Of a stretch of DNA of 64,000 nt, positions 39,105-49,833 are shown piece after piece; position 1 is the stretch's first letter; each line of letters begins with the position of its first letter. The translations under genes and the position numbers were made by a program. The notes under the pieces were generated by a model that saw only the letters and a list, made by a program, of their open reading frames with translations, was not told where the DNA came from and searched no databases. The stretch covers positions 12,252 through 76,251 of the forward strand of contig CAYSXR010000002.1 in the NCBI GenBank assembly GCA_964435035.1, written 5' to 3'. Source of the stretch: an uncultured Gammaproteobacteria bacterium. GTDB taxonomy: Bacteria; Patescibacteriota; Patescibacteriia; Magasanikbacterales; UBA922.

Positions 39105-40364
39105 ATGGAAGAATCAAAGAAAAATAAATTTACTCGACATATTGTCACCAGTGCTTTAATTTTGGGTGTTTTTGTTTCGGGAGTTCTTACAGGTACTTCA
39201 TACGGAATGCGGGCAATACTTCGTGGCGATAATCCTTCTGCAGTGCATGCTGTCACTCATTTATTTTCACCTGCAGAAAACTCGGAAGTTTCTTTTGATC
39301 AGTTCTGGGAGGTGTGGAGGAAAATTCAGGAAAAATATGTGTATAAGCCAGTAGCTGATACTGATTTGTTTTATGGTTCAATGGTGGGTCTTGTTCAATC
39401 GCTTGGTGATCCGTATTCGGTGTACATGCCACCGGCAAAAGCAGAAGAATTCAGACAGGATTTATCGGGTGAATTTTTTGGTATTGGTGCTGAGGTGGGA
39501 CTCAAAGATAATAAGGTAACTGTGATTGCTCCATTGCCCAAATCTCCTGCAGAAAAAGCAGGATTACGAGCAGGGGACGTGATTATTATGGTGGATGGTA
39601 CTGATGTGTCAGGAAAAGGAATTGACGAAGTGATTACACAGATTAGAGGACCTAAAGGTACGGTCGTTACTCTCACTATATTAAAAGTAGGAGCAGTAAC
39701 CGCTACTGAAATAAAGATTACGCGCGATGTAATTACGGTGCCAACTGCGACATGGAGTATGAAAGAAGGAAATATTGCGTACCTTCGTGTTAGCTATTTT
39801 AATGATACGACGTGGGGAGAATTCGATAAAATAGTAAAAGAAATCACCAATAAGAAGGTGCAGGGAATTGTGCTTGATCTTCGAAGTAATCCAGGAGGAT
39901 ATCTTGATACATCGGTACAAGTTGCGAGTGAGTGGATAGACTCTGGGGTGATTGTGTATGAAAAATTAAACGATGGGTACCGTGATCAGTTTAGTGCAGA
40001 CTCAGGTAAACATCGATTTGTGGGTATTCCTACGGTTATTCTTGTAGACGAAGGGACTGCATCTGGGGCTGAGATTGTGTCTGGCGCACTTCAGGATTAT
40101 GGTGTAGCAACTCTTGTTGGAAATAAAACGTTTGGAAAAGGATCGGTGCAGGATTTCGAATATTTCCCTGATGGATCAGCGCTGAAGCTTACTATTGCAG
40201 AATGGCTTACTCCTCATGAACGCCAGATTAATAAGCTGGGAATCGAGCCTGATATTACGATCGAAAAAATGTTTGTGCAAAAAGAGGGAACTGATGGAAC
40301 ATCACCTGATCATTTTGACGACATTGGACTTGTAAAAGCTTTAGAGCTTTTACAGAAAAAATAA
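39105..40364 (+). CDS. ctpA: Carboxyl-terminal processing peptidase, S41 family
   Basis: N-terminal TM, PDZ domain, and the S41 catalytic region (NPGGYLD...GTASGAEIV). Confidence 0.85.
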   Translation: MEESKKNKFTRHIVTSALILGVFVSGVLTGTSYGMRAILRGDNPSAVHAVTHLFSPAENSEVSFDQFWEVWRKIQEKYVYKPVADTDLFYGSMVGLVQSLGDPYSVYMPPAKAEEFRQDLSGEFFGIGAEVGLKDNKVTVIAPLPKSPAEKAGLRAGDVIIMVDGTDVSGKGIDEVITQIRGPKGTVVTLTILKVGAVTATEIKITRDVITVPTATWSMKEGNIAYLRVSYFNDTTWGEFDKIVKEITNKKVQGIVLDLRSNPGGYLDTSVQVASEWIDSGVIVYEKLNDGYRDQFSADSGKHRFVGIPTVILVDEGTASGAEIVSGALQDYGVATLVGNKTFGKGSVQDFEYFPDGSALKLTIAEWLTPHERQINKLGIEPDITIEKMFVQKEGTDGTSPDHFDDIGLVKALELLQKK

Positions 40365-40376
40365 GCCCATTTTTCT

Positions 40377-40730
40377 ATGCTTCATATTATCGGTATCGTT
40401 GTCCAAGGGGAGAAGCGTGGGCGTATTTTGGGTTTTCCTACTGCAAATATTGATATCAAAAAGAAAAAACTATATGTAACTCCTGGAATTTTTGCAGGAT
40501 GGGCAGTGGTTGGAAAAAAGAGGTATAAGGCGGCGGTATTTATTCCTACTACTCTTGATCGAGCTGAGGCTCATTTGCTCGATTATACAGGAAAGGAATT
40601 TTATGGAAAGCATATTGAACTCGAAGTATTGCAAAAGGTGAGCGAAATTGAGCGTTATGATACTACTGATGAATTGATCGAAAAAATTAAGAGTGATGTT
40701 GAGCTCGTAAGAGAAGTGTTGGAAAAGTAA
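40377..40730 (+). CDS. Riboflavin kinase (monofunctional RibF C-terminal-domain homolog)
   Basis: GIVVQGEKRGRILGFPTANI flavokinase motif. Confidence 0.7.
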   Translation: MLHIIGIVVQGEKRGRILGFPTANIDIKKKKLYVTPGIFAGWAVVGKKRYKAAVFIPTTLDRAEAHLLDYTGKEFYGKHIELEVLQKVSEIERYDTTDELIEKIKSDVELVREVLEK

Positions 40731-40760
40731 AAGTGAAAAAGTTAAAAGGTAAAAAAATCC
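40727..40760. repeat. GTAAAAG word motif copy
   Basis: AAGTAAAAGTGAAAAAGTTAAAAGGTAAAAAAATCC. Confidence 0.55.
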
Positions 40761-40788
40761 GCGATAAAGCGGATTTTTTTGATGTTGA

Positions 40789-41637
40789 TTATAGTCTCTC
40801 CACCCAATGCTTATCGACAACTACTTCAAGTTCGAGATACACTTTTTTTGCCAAGGCTTGTTCGAGTTCACGACGAGCCATCTGTCCGATTTCTTTGATA
40901 CGTTTTCCTCCTGCGCCAATAATTAATTTTTTGTATCGTTCTTCGTCGGTCAAAATTCTTGCAGTGATTACAAAAATATCTGACTTTTCTTCTACGTTGT
41001 CTACTTCAACAGTCATCGAGTAGGGGATTTCTTTATCAAATACTGAAAACACTTTTTCACGGATAAGTTCTGATATAAAGAAATATTCGTGTACATTGGT
41101 TAGTTGTCCATCGGTGTACATTGGTTCACCTTCAGGCATCAATTCCATTACCTTCTCTTTGAGAGGTTGAATATGACTTGCTCGAAGTGCTGAGAGTGAG
41201 AATACTGCGTTGAAATCTTTTCCTAATAATTCGTAGTCCCTTTGGTGCTTTCGGTCACGTTCTGGAAGATCACTCTTGTTTATTACTAGAATTTTTGGAA
41301 GATCAATGTGTCGGATTAGTCCGAATGCATATCGCTCTTCATCACCAATTTCTCGTGTTGGGTCTACTACATAGATAATCATGTCTACCCCTTCAAGTGC
41401 TTCTTTTGCTCGCTGAATAAGTTTACTCGTAAGTGAACTTTTGCGATCTTTGAAGATACCTGGGGTGTCAACGAAGGTTATTTGTCCCTCAGGAGTATTC
41501 ACTACCCCATGAATCACGTTTCGGGTCATCTGTGCACGAAAACTCGTAGCTGAAACTTTGGTTCCTACGAGGGTGTTTAAGAGGGTGGATTTTCCTACAT
41601 TTGAGCGTCCAATTAGGATGGCAAAGCCTGATTTCAT
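40789..41637 (-). CDS. era: GTPase Era
   Basis: G1 motif GRSNVGKSTLLN, G3 motif DTPG, and C-terminal KH domain. Confidence 0.9.
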   Translation of the reverse strand: MKSGFAILIGRSNVGKSTLLNTLVGTKVSATSFRAQMTRNVIHGVVNTPEGQITFVDTPGIFKDRKSSLTSKLIQRAKEALEGVDMIIYVVDPTREIGDEERYAFGLIRHIDLPKILVINKSDLPERDRKHQRDYELLGKDFNAVFSLSALRASHIQPLKEKVMELMPEGEPMYTDGQLTNVHEYFFISELIREKVFSVFDKEIPYSMTVEVDNVEEKSDIFVITARILTDEERYKKLIIGAGGKRIKEIGQMARRELEQALAKKVYLELEVVVDKHWVERL

Positions 41638-41640
41638 AAT

Positions 41641-41676
41641 GGTTTTCTGGTTGTCTAGATTACTAGTTGTCTGGTC
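41641..41676. repeat. GTCTGGTT / CTAGTT word repeat copy
   Basis: GGTTTTCTGGTTGTCTAGATTACTAGTTGTCTGGT, immediately 5' of the era start. Confidence 0.7.
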
Positions 41677-41736
41677 AGTAAAAAGAATATATCATGTTAT
41701 TGCCTAAATTTCAAGGATGTTGTATCATATTCCCAT

Positions 41737-42186
41737 ATGAAAGTACTTCTTTTGAGCGATGTACAGACGCTTGGAAAAAAGGGAGAGATCAAAGAAGTTT
41801 CCGAAGGTTATGCTCGGAATTTTCTCATCCGTCAGGGATTGGCAGAGATTGCGACTTCAAAAACATTCTCGATGATTGATTCTCGCAAGAGAAAAGCGGA
41901 CAAAGTCAAAGCAGAAGAAGAAAAAAAACATCGCAAGGTGTTCTCGGCACTTAATGGTAGAAGTATTACTATTCCTGCTAAAGTTGCGGGAGGAACGACA
42001 TTATATGCCGCTGTATCTCCTGCGACGATCTCGGAAGAACTCGAAGAAGTGTATAAGGTTGAAATTGATCCGGCAGATATCGTGATTGAAACACCACTTA
42101 AAATCGTTGGAACACACAAAATCGTCATTGTCTGTAGTAAAGATCTCAAGGCAAAAATGAACGTTATTGTTGAAGCTCTTGATTAA
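41737..42186 (+). CDS. rplI: 50S ribosomal protein L9
   Basis: MKVLLLSDVQTLGKKGEIKEVSEGYARNFLI is the bL9 signature. Confidence 0.9.
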   Translation: MKVLLLSDVQTLGKKGEIKEVSEGYARNFLIRQGLAEIATSKTFSMIDSRKRKADKVKAEEEKKHRKVFSALNGRSITIPAKVAGGTTLYAAVSPATISEELEEVYKVEIDPADIVIETPLKIVGTHKIVIVCSKDLKAKMNVIVEALD

Positions 42187-42245
42187 GAATCTTCCTCCTT
42201 TCTCGGAGGATTTTACTTTTTATTTTTTTGAATATTTATTTTTTT

Positions 42246-43880
42246 ATGAAAAAATCCATCAAACGCAAATTTATATTTGTAGTTGGAGGTGTACTTTCGG
42301 GAGTAGGGAAGGGTGTTACTTCTGCATCAGTTGGAGCAATTCTTAAAGCAAAGGGTTTTTCGGTTACTGCATTGAAAATTGATCCGTATGTAAATGTAGA
42401 TGCAGGTACGATGAATCCTGTTGAACATGGAGAAGTTTTTGTGACGGATGATCGTGATGAGACGGATCAGGATATGGGGAATTATGAGCGATTTTTGGAC
42501 GTTGATCTCTCCAGTTTGAATTACATGACGACGGGGAGAGTGTATCTCAGTGTCATTGAAGCAGAACGTGCGATGAAATACAAAGGAAAATGTGTGCAAG
42601 TAGTACCACATATTCCTGAACATATTATTGAACGTATTGAGACTGCAGCTGCGGCTGCCAATGCTGAGATTAGTATTGTTGAAATTGGTGGGACCGTTGG
42701 TGAATATGAAAATATTTTGTTTCTTGAGGCAGCACGTATGATGAAACTCCGAGATCCTGAGAGTATTGCACTCGTTCTCGTGAGTTATTTACCCGTACCT
42801 TCACATTTGGGAGAGATGAAAACCAAACCTACCCAACACGCCTCACGCGCTCTGAACAGTGTTGGACTTCAGGCTGATATGATTGTGGCGCGTGGACCGT
42901 CTGATCTGGATGCGCCACGTCGAGAAAAGCTTGCAATATTTTGTGGAGTGAAGAAAGATTATTGTATTTCAGCTCCTGATGTTTCTAGTATTTATGAGAT
43001 ACCAATCAAGATGGAAGATCAGGATATTGGAAATAAATTACTTTCAATTTTGAAAATAAATAAACGAAAAACTGATTTGAGTGCGTGGAATAAATTATTA
43101 GAGCATGTCCGAAATGGGAAGCGTGAAGTAAAAATTGCTGTTGTGGGAAAATATTTTGGTACTGGAAATTTTACACTTGCTGATTCGTATATTTCAGTGA
43201 TTGAAGCTATTAAGCATGCGTCATGGAGTCAGTCGGTAAAACCAATGCTTGAGTGGGTCGATTCTGAGGAGTTTGAAAAAGATCCAAAATCAATCAAAAA
43301 TTTAAGTAATTTTGATGCAGTGATTGTTCCTGGTGGATTTGGAACACGTGGTGTTGAGGGAATTATTTCTGCAATTGAATATGTTCGAAAAAATAATATT
43401 CCATATTTAGGATTGTGCTACGGTATGCAGCTTGCTACCATTGAATTTGCACGGCATATCTTGAAAAAAACAGATGCACATACACTAGAAGTTAATGCAA
43501 AAACTAAGGATCCGATTATTCATATCAATCCGATGCAAGCTAGTAATGTACGTGAGCAGAAATATGGTGGAACGATGCGATTGGGTGCTTATGACTGTGC
43601 TCTTCGAAAAGACACCAAAGTGTATAAGGCGTATGGAGAAGGTGTTATTTCAGAACGTCATCGTCATCGATATGAGTTTAATAACGAATATCGAGAGGAG
43701 ATGGATGCGGCCGGACTCAAGATAGTTGGTATTAATCCAGAGACTGATTTGGTAGAAATTGTTGAGCTTGAAAATCATCCTTATTTTGTCGGAGTGCAAT
43801 TTCATCCTGAGTTCAAATCTCGCCCCATGCGACCACATCCACTCTTTGTGGGGCTCATCAAAGCTGCTCTTCAGAAATAG
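42246..43880 (+). CDS. pyrG: CTP synthase
   Basis: N-terminal synthetase domain (FVVGGVLSGVGKG) and C-terminal GATase domain (GLCYGMQ). Confidence 0.95.
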   Translation: MKKSIKRKFIFVVGGVLSGVGKGVTSASVGAILKAKGFSVTALKIDPYVNVDAGTMNPVEHGEVFVTDDRDETDQDMGNYERFLDVDLSSLNYMTTGRVYLSVIEAERAMKYKGKCVQVVPHIPEHIIERIETAAAAANAEISIVEIGGTVGEYENILFLEAARMMKLRDPESIALVLVSYLPVPSHLGEMKTKPTQHASRALNSVGLQADMIVARGPSDLDAPRREKLAIFCGVKKDYCISAPDVSSIYEIPIKMEDQDIGNKLLSILKINKRKTDLSAWNKLLEHVRNGKREVKIAVVGKYFGTGNFTLADSYISVIEAIKHASWSQSVKPMLEWVDSEEFEKDPKSIKNLSNFDAVIVPGGFGTRGVEGIISAIEYVRKNNIPYLGLCYGMQLATIEFARHILKKTDAHTLEVNAKTKDPIIHINPMQASNVREQKYGGTMRLGAYDCALRKDTKVYKAYGEGVISERHRHRYEFNNEYREEMDAAGLKIVGINPETDLVEIVELENHPYFVGVQFHPEFKSRPMRPHPLFVGLIKAALQK

Positions 43881-43969
43881 TAAGAACGTGTGTAGTTAAA
43901 ATATTTCATAGAAAATATAAACTCTATCTTTTCATTGGCTTTCTTGCTATTGGCTATGGACTATGTATA

Positions 43970-45073
43970 ATGGAAGATATGGCTGAAAATTCTGAATATA
44001 GTATTTATCACACCACGAGAGAAGCATGGGAAGCCATGCTTCTCTCTATTGCTGAAGCGAAACACTCGGTTTATTGGGAGATGTATATTTTGGTTGATGA
44101 TGATGCGGGTAATCGATTTTTTGATGTCCTTGTTAAGAAAGCAAAAGAAGGGGTGCGTATCAAAATTATTATTGATTATTGGGGAAGTTTTTGGCTTTCC
44201 AACAAAAAAATCCAAGAACTTCGAGCTGTCGGTATTGATATCAGAATGTTTCATCCAGGCAAAAATCCTTTGTTTGGATTTAAAGATTGGCTCATGCGTC
44301 GAACACATCGCAAAATTTTGATTATTGATGAAAAAATTGGGTTTGTTGGAGGAGTGAATGTACATAAGAGTTTTGAACAGTGGGATGATTTGGTGGTGAA
44401 ACTACAAGGTAAACCAGTCCGCTCGCTCCTTCGGTCATTTGCAAAATTTTATATCAGATGCGGAGGAAACAAAGATGAAGTTCGTCACATGTTCAAATTT
44501 CGTTATCGAGTACGACGTGATACGTTTGATTTTGTCTACGATGATATTGATCGTACTAAGTCAAAAATAAAACGACGATATCTAGATGCTATTTATAAAG
44601 CGCGTGAACGGGTAATTTTATTTTCCCCATATTATTTTCCTGATAGACATTTTCTCGCAGCGCTTTGGGCTGCACGAAACAGAAATGTGCGTGTTGACCT
44701 TTTGATTCCATTTCGTACTGATGTTCGGTTGGCAACATATGCTGCGTATGCGTGGTTTTCACTTATGACTAAACGTGGTGTGAAGGTACACCTCACTAAA
44801 AAAATGATGCATGGGAAAGGTGTGGTGGTAGATGATGATTTGGCATTTGTAGGGACAAGTAATTTGGAACATTCGAGTTTTGACTATAATCAAGAAGTAA
44901 ATATTTCGATGACTGATAAAAAAGCAGTCGCTGAGGTTAAAGGCGTGGTTGAAAAATGGATTGAAGATGCAGATGAACTTGATCGTGAAGTATGGGGAAA
45001 ACGTGGAAAGTGGGCAAGGTTCAAGGAGAAAGTGGCTCAGAAATTGTATGCGTATTGGTTTGATGTAAAATAG
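43970..45073 (+). CDS. Phospholipase D / cardiolipin-synthase-like protein (two HKD motifs)
   Basis: HRKILIIDEKIGFVGGVN and HGKGVVVDDDLAFVGTSN. Confidence 0.8.
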   Translation: MEDMAENSEYSIYHTTREAWEAMLLSIAEAKHSVYWEMYILVDDDAGNRFFDVLVKKAKEGVRIKIIIDYWGSFWLSNKKIQELRAVGIDIRMFHPGKNPLFGFKDWLMRRTHRKILIIDEKIGFVGGVNVHKSFEQWDDLVVKLQGKPVRSLLRSFAKFYIRCGGNKDEVRHMFKFRYRVRRDTFDFVYDDIDRTKSKIKRRYLDAIYKARERVILFSPYYFPDRHFLAALWAARNRNVRVDLLIPFRTDVRLATYAAYAWFSLMTKRGVKVHLTKKMMHGKGVVVDDDLAFVGTSNLEHSSFDYNQEVNISMTDKKAVAEVKGVVEKWIEDADELDREVWGKRGKWARFKEKVAQKLYAYWFDVK

Positions 45074-45078
45074 TTTTT

Positions 45079-45753
45079 TTGGTTAATTTGTGTATTATGA
45101 AAAAAATTTTATTTAATTTGGAGAATGAGCCAATGAGTGGGCTAACCCATTTTATTGGTTTTCTATTCGCTTTAGCGGGTCTGGTTTTACTTACCGTATT
45201 TGCTAGCCTTCAGGGAAATGTGTGGCATGTGGTAAGCTTTTCTATTTTTGGCACCAGTATGGTTTTGTTGTATGCCGCAAGTTCGGCTTACCATTTTGTT
45301 CCTATTACGTCGCGTGTGAAATCATTGATGCAGCGGATTGATCAGTCAATGGTGTATGTGTTGATTGCGGGTACGTACACTCCACTTGCACTGGTTACAT
45401 TACGAGGTCCGTGGGGTTGGTCTTTGTTTGGGGTGATTTGGGGGCTTGCTCTCGTGGGTGTGGTATTGAGAATCTTTAATATTGTGGTGCCAAAGTCTAT
45501 CTCTCTTGGCCTATATCTAGTCATGGGTTGGCTCGCACTTATCTTTATTTTTCCTCTAAAACAACACCTATCTTCTGTTGCATTATTTTTATTATTTCTT
45601 GGGGGTATATTTTATACGCTTGGTTCTATTGCTTTTGCATTTGGTCATATTACTTTTTATCCCAAATGGTTTGGTATGCACGAAGTGTTCCATATTTTTG
45701 TCATGTGTGGCACTGCTGCACATTTTTGCCTTATTTTTGGATATTTATTATAA
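45079..45753 (+). CDS. Hemolysin III / PAQR family membrane protein (start may be the ATG at 45133)
   Basis: 7-TM Hly-III pattern with SSAYHFVP and HxxxH motifs. Confidence 0.8.
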   Translation: MVNLCIMKKILFNLENEPMSGLTHFIGFLFALAGLVLLTVFASLQGNVWHVVSFSIFGTSMVLLYAASSAYHFVPITSRVKSLMQRIDQSMVYVLIAGTYTPLALVTLRGPWGWSLFGVIWGLALVGVVLRIFNIVVPKSISLGLYLVMGWLALIFIFPLKQHLSSVALFLLFLGGIFYTLGSIAFAFGHITFYPKWFGMHEVFHIFVMCGTAAHFCLIFGYLL

Positions 45754-45765
45754 GGGTTTTTTGGT

Positions 45766-47013
45766 ATGGACATGTCACAAAAACAATCCATTCGTGAACC
45801 CCTTGCGTATCGGATGAGACCGAGGAATTTTGATGAGTACGTAGGCCAAGAAAAACTTACAGGCAAAAATTCTTCTTTGCGTAGTATGATCGAAAGAGGA
45901 GTTGTTCCTCCGATGATGCTCTGGGGTCCGCCAGGGGTTGGGAAGACGAGTCTTGCAATGCTTATTTCAGAAGTTGCAGGATTGCCTTTTGTAACACTTT
46001 CAGCAGTTGAGAGTGGAAAGAAGGTGTTGACTGAAACTGTTCGTGAAGCAGAAGAGTTATTTCAGAAGGAAGGTAAACGTACGATTCTTTTTGTTGATGA
46101 AATCCATCGCTGGAATAAGGCTCAGCAGGATGCATTATTGCCCTATGTAGAGCGGGGCACGGTGATTCTCATTGGTGCAACCACTGAAAATCCATCATTT
46201 GAAATTATCTCTCCATTATTATCTCGTACTCGAGTCTATATATTGGAACGTTTGGAGAATGAACATATTATCGAAATTGTTAATCGTGCCTTGAAAGATG
46301 AAGAGAGGGGGCTAGGGAAAATGAATATTAAGTTCGAGGCAAATGTACTCGAGTATATTGCATTTATTTCAGGGGGTGATGCGCGAGTAGCACTGAATGC
46401 ACTTGAGATTGCGTATGTTTCAAAGTCTGGCATCAAGAAAAAAAATGGTGAGATAGTTATTACTGAAAAAGATATTAAGGAAGCTTTGCAACGAACGCAT
46501 GTTATTTTTGATAAAAAAGGTGAGGAATTTTATAATCTTATTTCTGCGTTGCACAAATCAATGCGGGGGAGTGATCCGAATGCTTCTCTGTATTGGCTTG
46601 CGCGTATGCTCGAAGGCGGGGCTGATCCGCTCTATATTGCTCGTCGTGTACTCCGATTTGCAAGTGAGGATATTGGTATGGCAAATAGTGAAGCTATGAT
46701 CCAGGCAAATGCAGCATACGATGCGTGCCACAAGATTGGTATGCCGGAATGTTCGGTTCATCTCGCCCAGGCAGTGGTGTATTGCGCAAAATCGAAGAAA
46801 TCAAATGCATTGTATCGAGCATATGGACTGGCTGCAGCTGACGCACGAAATACATCGCATCTTGGAGTGCCTATTCATCTTCGCAATGCGCCGACCAAAC
46901 TGATGAAAGATATTGGGTATGGGAAGGACTATAAATATAATCCTGATTATACAGAACCAGTAGATCAAGATTATCTTCCTCCTGAATTAAAAAAAAGAGA
47001 CTATTTTGGTTAA
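45766..47013 (+). CDS. rarA: Replication-associated recombination protein A (MgsA/RarA AAA+ ATPase)
   Basis: LWGPPGVGKTSLA Walker A, DEIHRWNK Walker B, and the MgsA C-terminal domain. Confidence 0.9.
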   Translation: MDMSQKQSIREPLAYRMRPRNFDEYVGQEKLTGKNSSLRSMIERGVVPPMMLWGPPGVGKTSLAMLISEVAGLPFVTLSAVESGKKVLTETVREAEELFQKEGKRTILFVDEIHRWNKAQQDALLPYVERGTVILIGATTENPSFEIISPLLSRTRVYILERLENEHIIEIVNRALKDEERGLGKMNIKFEANVLEYIAFISGGDARVALNALEIAYVSKSGIKKKNGEIVITEKDIKEALQRTHVIFDKKGEEFYNLISALHKSMRGSDPNASLYWLARMLEGGADPLYIARRVLRFASEDIGMANSEAMIQANAAYDACHKIGMPECSVHLAQAVVYCAKSKKSNALYRAYGLAAADARNTSHLGVPIHLRNAPTKLMKDIGYGKDYKYNPDYTEPVDQDYLPPELKKRDYFG

Positions 47014-47444
47014 ATAGTCTCTATGGTAATTTTTCTTTCAGTCGTAGTACCTGCAGTAAGTGTAACGACAATCAATTTTTTATTTTCAAGTAACTTCTCT
47101 ACTTTTTCTGGCCACTCTATGATCGTAAGTGTGTCTGGTCTACCTAGATATTCTTCAATTCCTATTTCTATCAGATCTTTGTAGGTTTCAAGTCGGTAGG
47201 TGTCTACATGGACTAATTCTTTGATTGTCTCATGATCCACCGGGTAGACGCTCATGAGTGTGAATGTGGGACTCATCACTTCTTTTTCAATTCCCAATCC
47301 TTCTGCAATTCCTTTGGTAAAGGCAGTTTTGCCTGCACCTAATTCTCCTTTGAGAATAATAATATCTCCGCCCTCAAGCGTGCGAGCAAGCTCTTTGCCA
47401 ATTTCTTTGGTTTCATGTGCTGAGTGGGAGATGTGGGTGGACAT
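47010..47444 (-). CDS. tsaE: tRNA threonylcarbamoyladenosine biosynthesis protein TsaE
   Basis: GDIIILKGELGAGKTAFTKGI P-loop. 144 aa. Confidence 0.85.
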   Translation of the reverse strand: MSTHISHSAHETKEIGKELARTLEGGDIIILKGELGAGKTAFTKGIAEGLGIEKEVMSPTFTLMSVYPVDHETIKELVHVDTYRLETYKDLIEIGIEEYLGRPDTLTIIEWPEKVEKLLENKKLIVVTLTAGTTTERKITIETI

Positions 47445-47451
47445 AGGTTGT

Positions 47452-47545
47452 ATTTATCCGTGTAGATCCGTGTCATCAGTGTTCTATTCTAAAACATTCG
47501 CTAATGGAACACGGATGACACGGATCTAACGGATTGGAACGGATT
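47452..47545. repeat. ACGGAT-word palindromic intergenic element, copy 2
   Basis: GGAACACGGATGACACGGATCTAACGGATTGGAACGGATTT plus an upstream inverted arm. Abuts the tsaE start codon. Confidence 0.85.
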
Positions 47546-47550
47546 TAATT

Positions 47551-48807
47551 CTATTTACTTACAAGTTCAGGATACAACGGAAACTTTTCATTAAGTTTTT
47601 TTACTTCAGCTTTTATTTCGCTGAGCATTACTTCATCATGTGAATTGGTAAGTGCTCTATCAATATATTCTGCAACGAGTTTCATTTCTTCTTCTTTAAA
47701 TCCTCTGGTAGTGAGTGCTGGAGTTCCGAGGCGAATACCGCTTGGATCCATTGCTGAACGGGCATCGTCTGGGATCATATTTTTGTTTACGGTGATTCCA
47801 GCCTTATCAAGTGCTTTTTCTGCTTCAGCACCGCTAATTCCCTTACTAGTTACTGCGTCAATCAAGAGTAGGTGATTGTCAGTTCCTCCAAACATGAGCT
47901 TGTAGTTTCGGTTGTTGAATTCACTTTCTAATACTTTTGCATTCTTTCTGATTTGTTGTGCATATTCTTTGAATGCTGGCTCAAGTGCTTCTTTGAATGC
48001 TACTGCTTTTGCTGCAATATTATTTTCATGCGGACCACCCTGGAATCCGGGGAATACTGATTTATCAATTGCTTTTGCGATTTCTTTTTTGCACATAATC
48101 ATTCCGCCTCGAGGTCCACGAAGTGTTTTGTGTGTGGTTGTTGTTACTACGTCAAATAGGGGAACGGGATTATTCATTTCACCGCCAGCAATGAGTCCTG
48201 CGATGTGTGCAATATCAGCCATCGTGAGTGCCCCTACTTCGTCTGCAATTTTTTTGATTTCAGCGTATTCGATTTCACGTGAGTATGCACTGTAGCCAAC
48301 GAGAATCATTTTTGGTTTGTGTTCCAGTGCCATTGCTCGAAGATTATCAAGGTCTATTTTTCCTTCGGCATTAGTTTTATATCTAATAAAATTGAATACT
48401 TTCGTCATGTGTGTGACGGGGTGTCCATGTGTTAGGTGTCCGCCATGTGATAAGTCCATACCAAGAATCGTATCTCCTGGATTGAGTAAACCAAAATACA
48501 CAGCAATATTTGCAGGTGCTCCGGATAATGGTTGTACATTCACATGTTCGGCACCAAATAATTGTTTGGCACGATCGATTGCAAGTGTTTCAATTTCATC
48601 AATAAATTCACAACCGCCGTAATATCGCTTTCCTGGGTATCCTTCGGAATATTTATTAGTAGCGATTGATCCGAGTGCTTCAAGTACAGGGAGTGATACA
48701 AAGTTTTCAGAAGGGATCATTTCAAGTCCGGTCTCTTGCCTGTTTCGTTCACGCTCGAGTGCTGCAAATAGGGAAGGGTCGAAATCTTTAATTTTTTGTT
48801 TGTTCAT
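47551..48807 (-). CDS. glyA: Serine hydroxymethyltransferase
   Basis: SHMT signature TTTTHKTLRGPRGGMI with the PLP lysine. Confidence 0.95.
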   Translation of the reverse strand: MNKQKIKDFDPSLFAALERERNRQETGLEMIPSENFVSLPVLEALGSIATNKYSEGYPGKRYYGGCEFIDEIETLAIDRAKQLFGAEHVNVQPLSGAPANIAVYFGLLNPGDTILGMDLSHGGHLTHGHPVTHMTKVFNFIRYKTNAEGKIDLDNLRAMALEHKPKMILVGYSAYSREIEYAEIKKIADEVGALTMADIAHIAGLIAGGEMNNPVPLFDVVTTTTHKTLRGPRGGMIMCKKEIAKAIDKSVFPGFQGGPHENNIAAKAVAFKEALEPAFKEYAQQIRKNAKVLESEFNNRNYKLMFGGTDNHLLLIDAVTSKGISGAEAEKALDKAGITVNKNMIPDDARSAMDPSGIRLGTPALTTRGFKEEEMKLVAEYIDRALTNSHDEVMLSEIKAEVKKLNEKFPLYPELVSK

Positions 48808-48883
48808 AAAATAGTTAGTCGTAACTGATGAGTAAGAAAGAAAATTTAACCTAAATTACAACATACTAATTTAATGTATTAAT

Positions 48884-49285
48884 TTATTTGTATTCTTTGA
48901 TAACTTCAATTACATTTGGGGCACAATCTTCAGGGAGATTATTAATATCAAACCATTCCCATTCTACAATATTAGACCCAGGTTTTATTTCTCCAATTCG
49001 TTTTGCAAGATAGTGAATAAGAATCACTAATTTTTCTGGTTGGTCTGGACGAAATACGAGCATTGGTTTGAGGGGTTGTATAATTTCAACTTCAATTCCC
49101 ATTTCTTCCATCACTTCACGCTTACATGCGTCTTCGAGTGAAATGTCAAAAGACTCGACTTCTCCTCCAGGAAAAAGCCAGGGAGTAATCCGTCCATCAT
49201 CTTTTTGTTCTTTATTTAGCAACACCTTACCATCTTCGATAATGACAGGTCCTGAGGCAATGATTGTTTGGGCGGGGAGATTCAT
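48884..49285 (-). CDS. Nudix hydrolase
   Basis: Nudix box GGEVESFDISLEDACKREVMEEMG. Confidence 0.75.
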   Translation of the reverse strand: MNLPAQTIIASGPVIIEDGKVLLNKEQKDDGRITPWLFPGGEVESFDISLEDACKREVMEEMGIEVEIIQPLKPMLVFRPDQPEKLVILIHYLAKRIGEIKPGSNIVEWEWFDINNLPEDCAPNVIEVIKEYK

Positions 49286-49697
49286 ATGCAGGTATTGTAG
49301 CTAAGATGGCGAAATATCACAAGCTGGTTTTGGTTGACTTTCGGTGGGATGTATTGTATGCTTTTCTGCGGATTTTGCCCGAAGTACGGGTCCGTCACCC
49401 AAGTACTGTGGAGGTTAGTTCATGTTCACTCTGGTGTGCGTCATGGGACTCTGGACCCAGATCGTGTGTGTCCCGGACAAGGGAAGGAAGATTACTCGAG
49501 TTCGGAATCGCAAACATGGCTGGCACGTCGGAGGGGCGGGACAGCTTCCGATGGGTCATCGGCGGAAATTCAGGAAGCCGCGTTGAGTGACTGGGAGTGG
49601 TAGATCTGGGAACAGATCTTAGCTCAGGAGCGCTTTCCTGGATTCATCATGTCGTCGACGGGACTGTGCATCGCACGGTCCCGTCAGTTCTCTTACC

Positions 49698-49728
49698 TAT
49701 TTATTCGAGCCCTATCGGGCTTTTATTA
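49698..49728 (+). terminator. Intrinsic terminator ending a high-GC plus-strand transcript within island D
   Basis: GAGCCCTATCGGGCTTTTATTATTTT. Confidence 0.6.
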
Positions 49729-49833
49729 TTTTACCAAATAAAGTATTGACTTTATGATAATGTTTATATATCCTATTGCGGTGCTTAGCTCGACCTCGGT
49801 CGAGTTGTGCCGTCAACCAGAGGAAACATCATC

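Noticed and set aside
49264-49603. 108-aa and 89-aa ORFs in the first half of island D
   Set aside because: Both start at non-ATG codons (the 89-aa ORF at a TTG) inside the promoter-like box and have a Cys/Arg/Ser-rich composition. The region more likely represents a structured RNA or leader, so no CDS was called.
49300-49730. tmRNA, RNase P RNA or SRP RNA in island D
   Set aside because: No tRNA-like 3' end with CCA, no RNase P P4 consensus (AGGAAAGUCCGGGCUCC) and no SRP domain IV motif could be found. The region was left as an unclassified candidate RNA.
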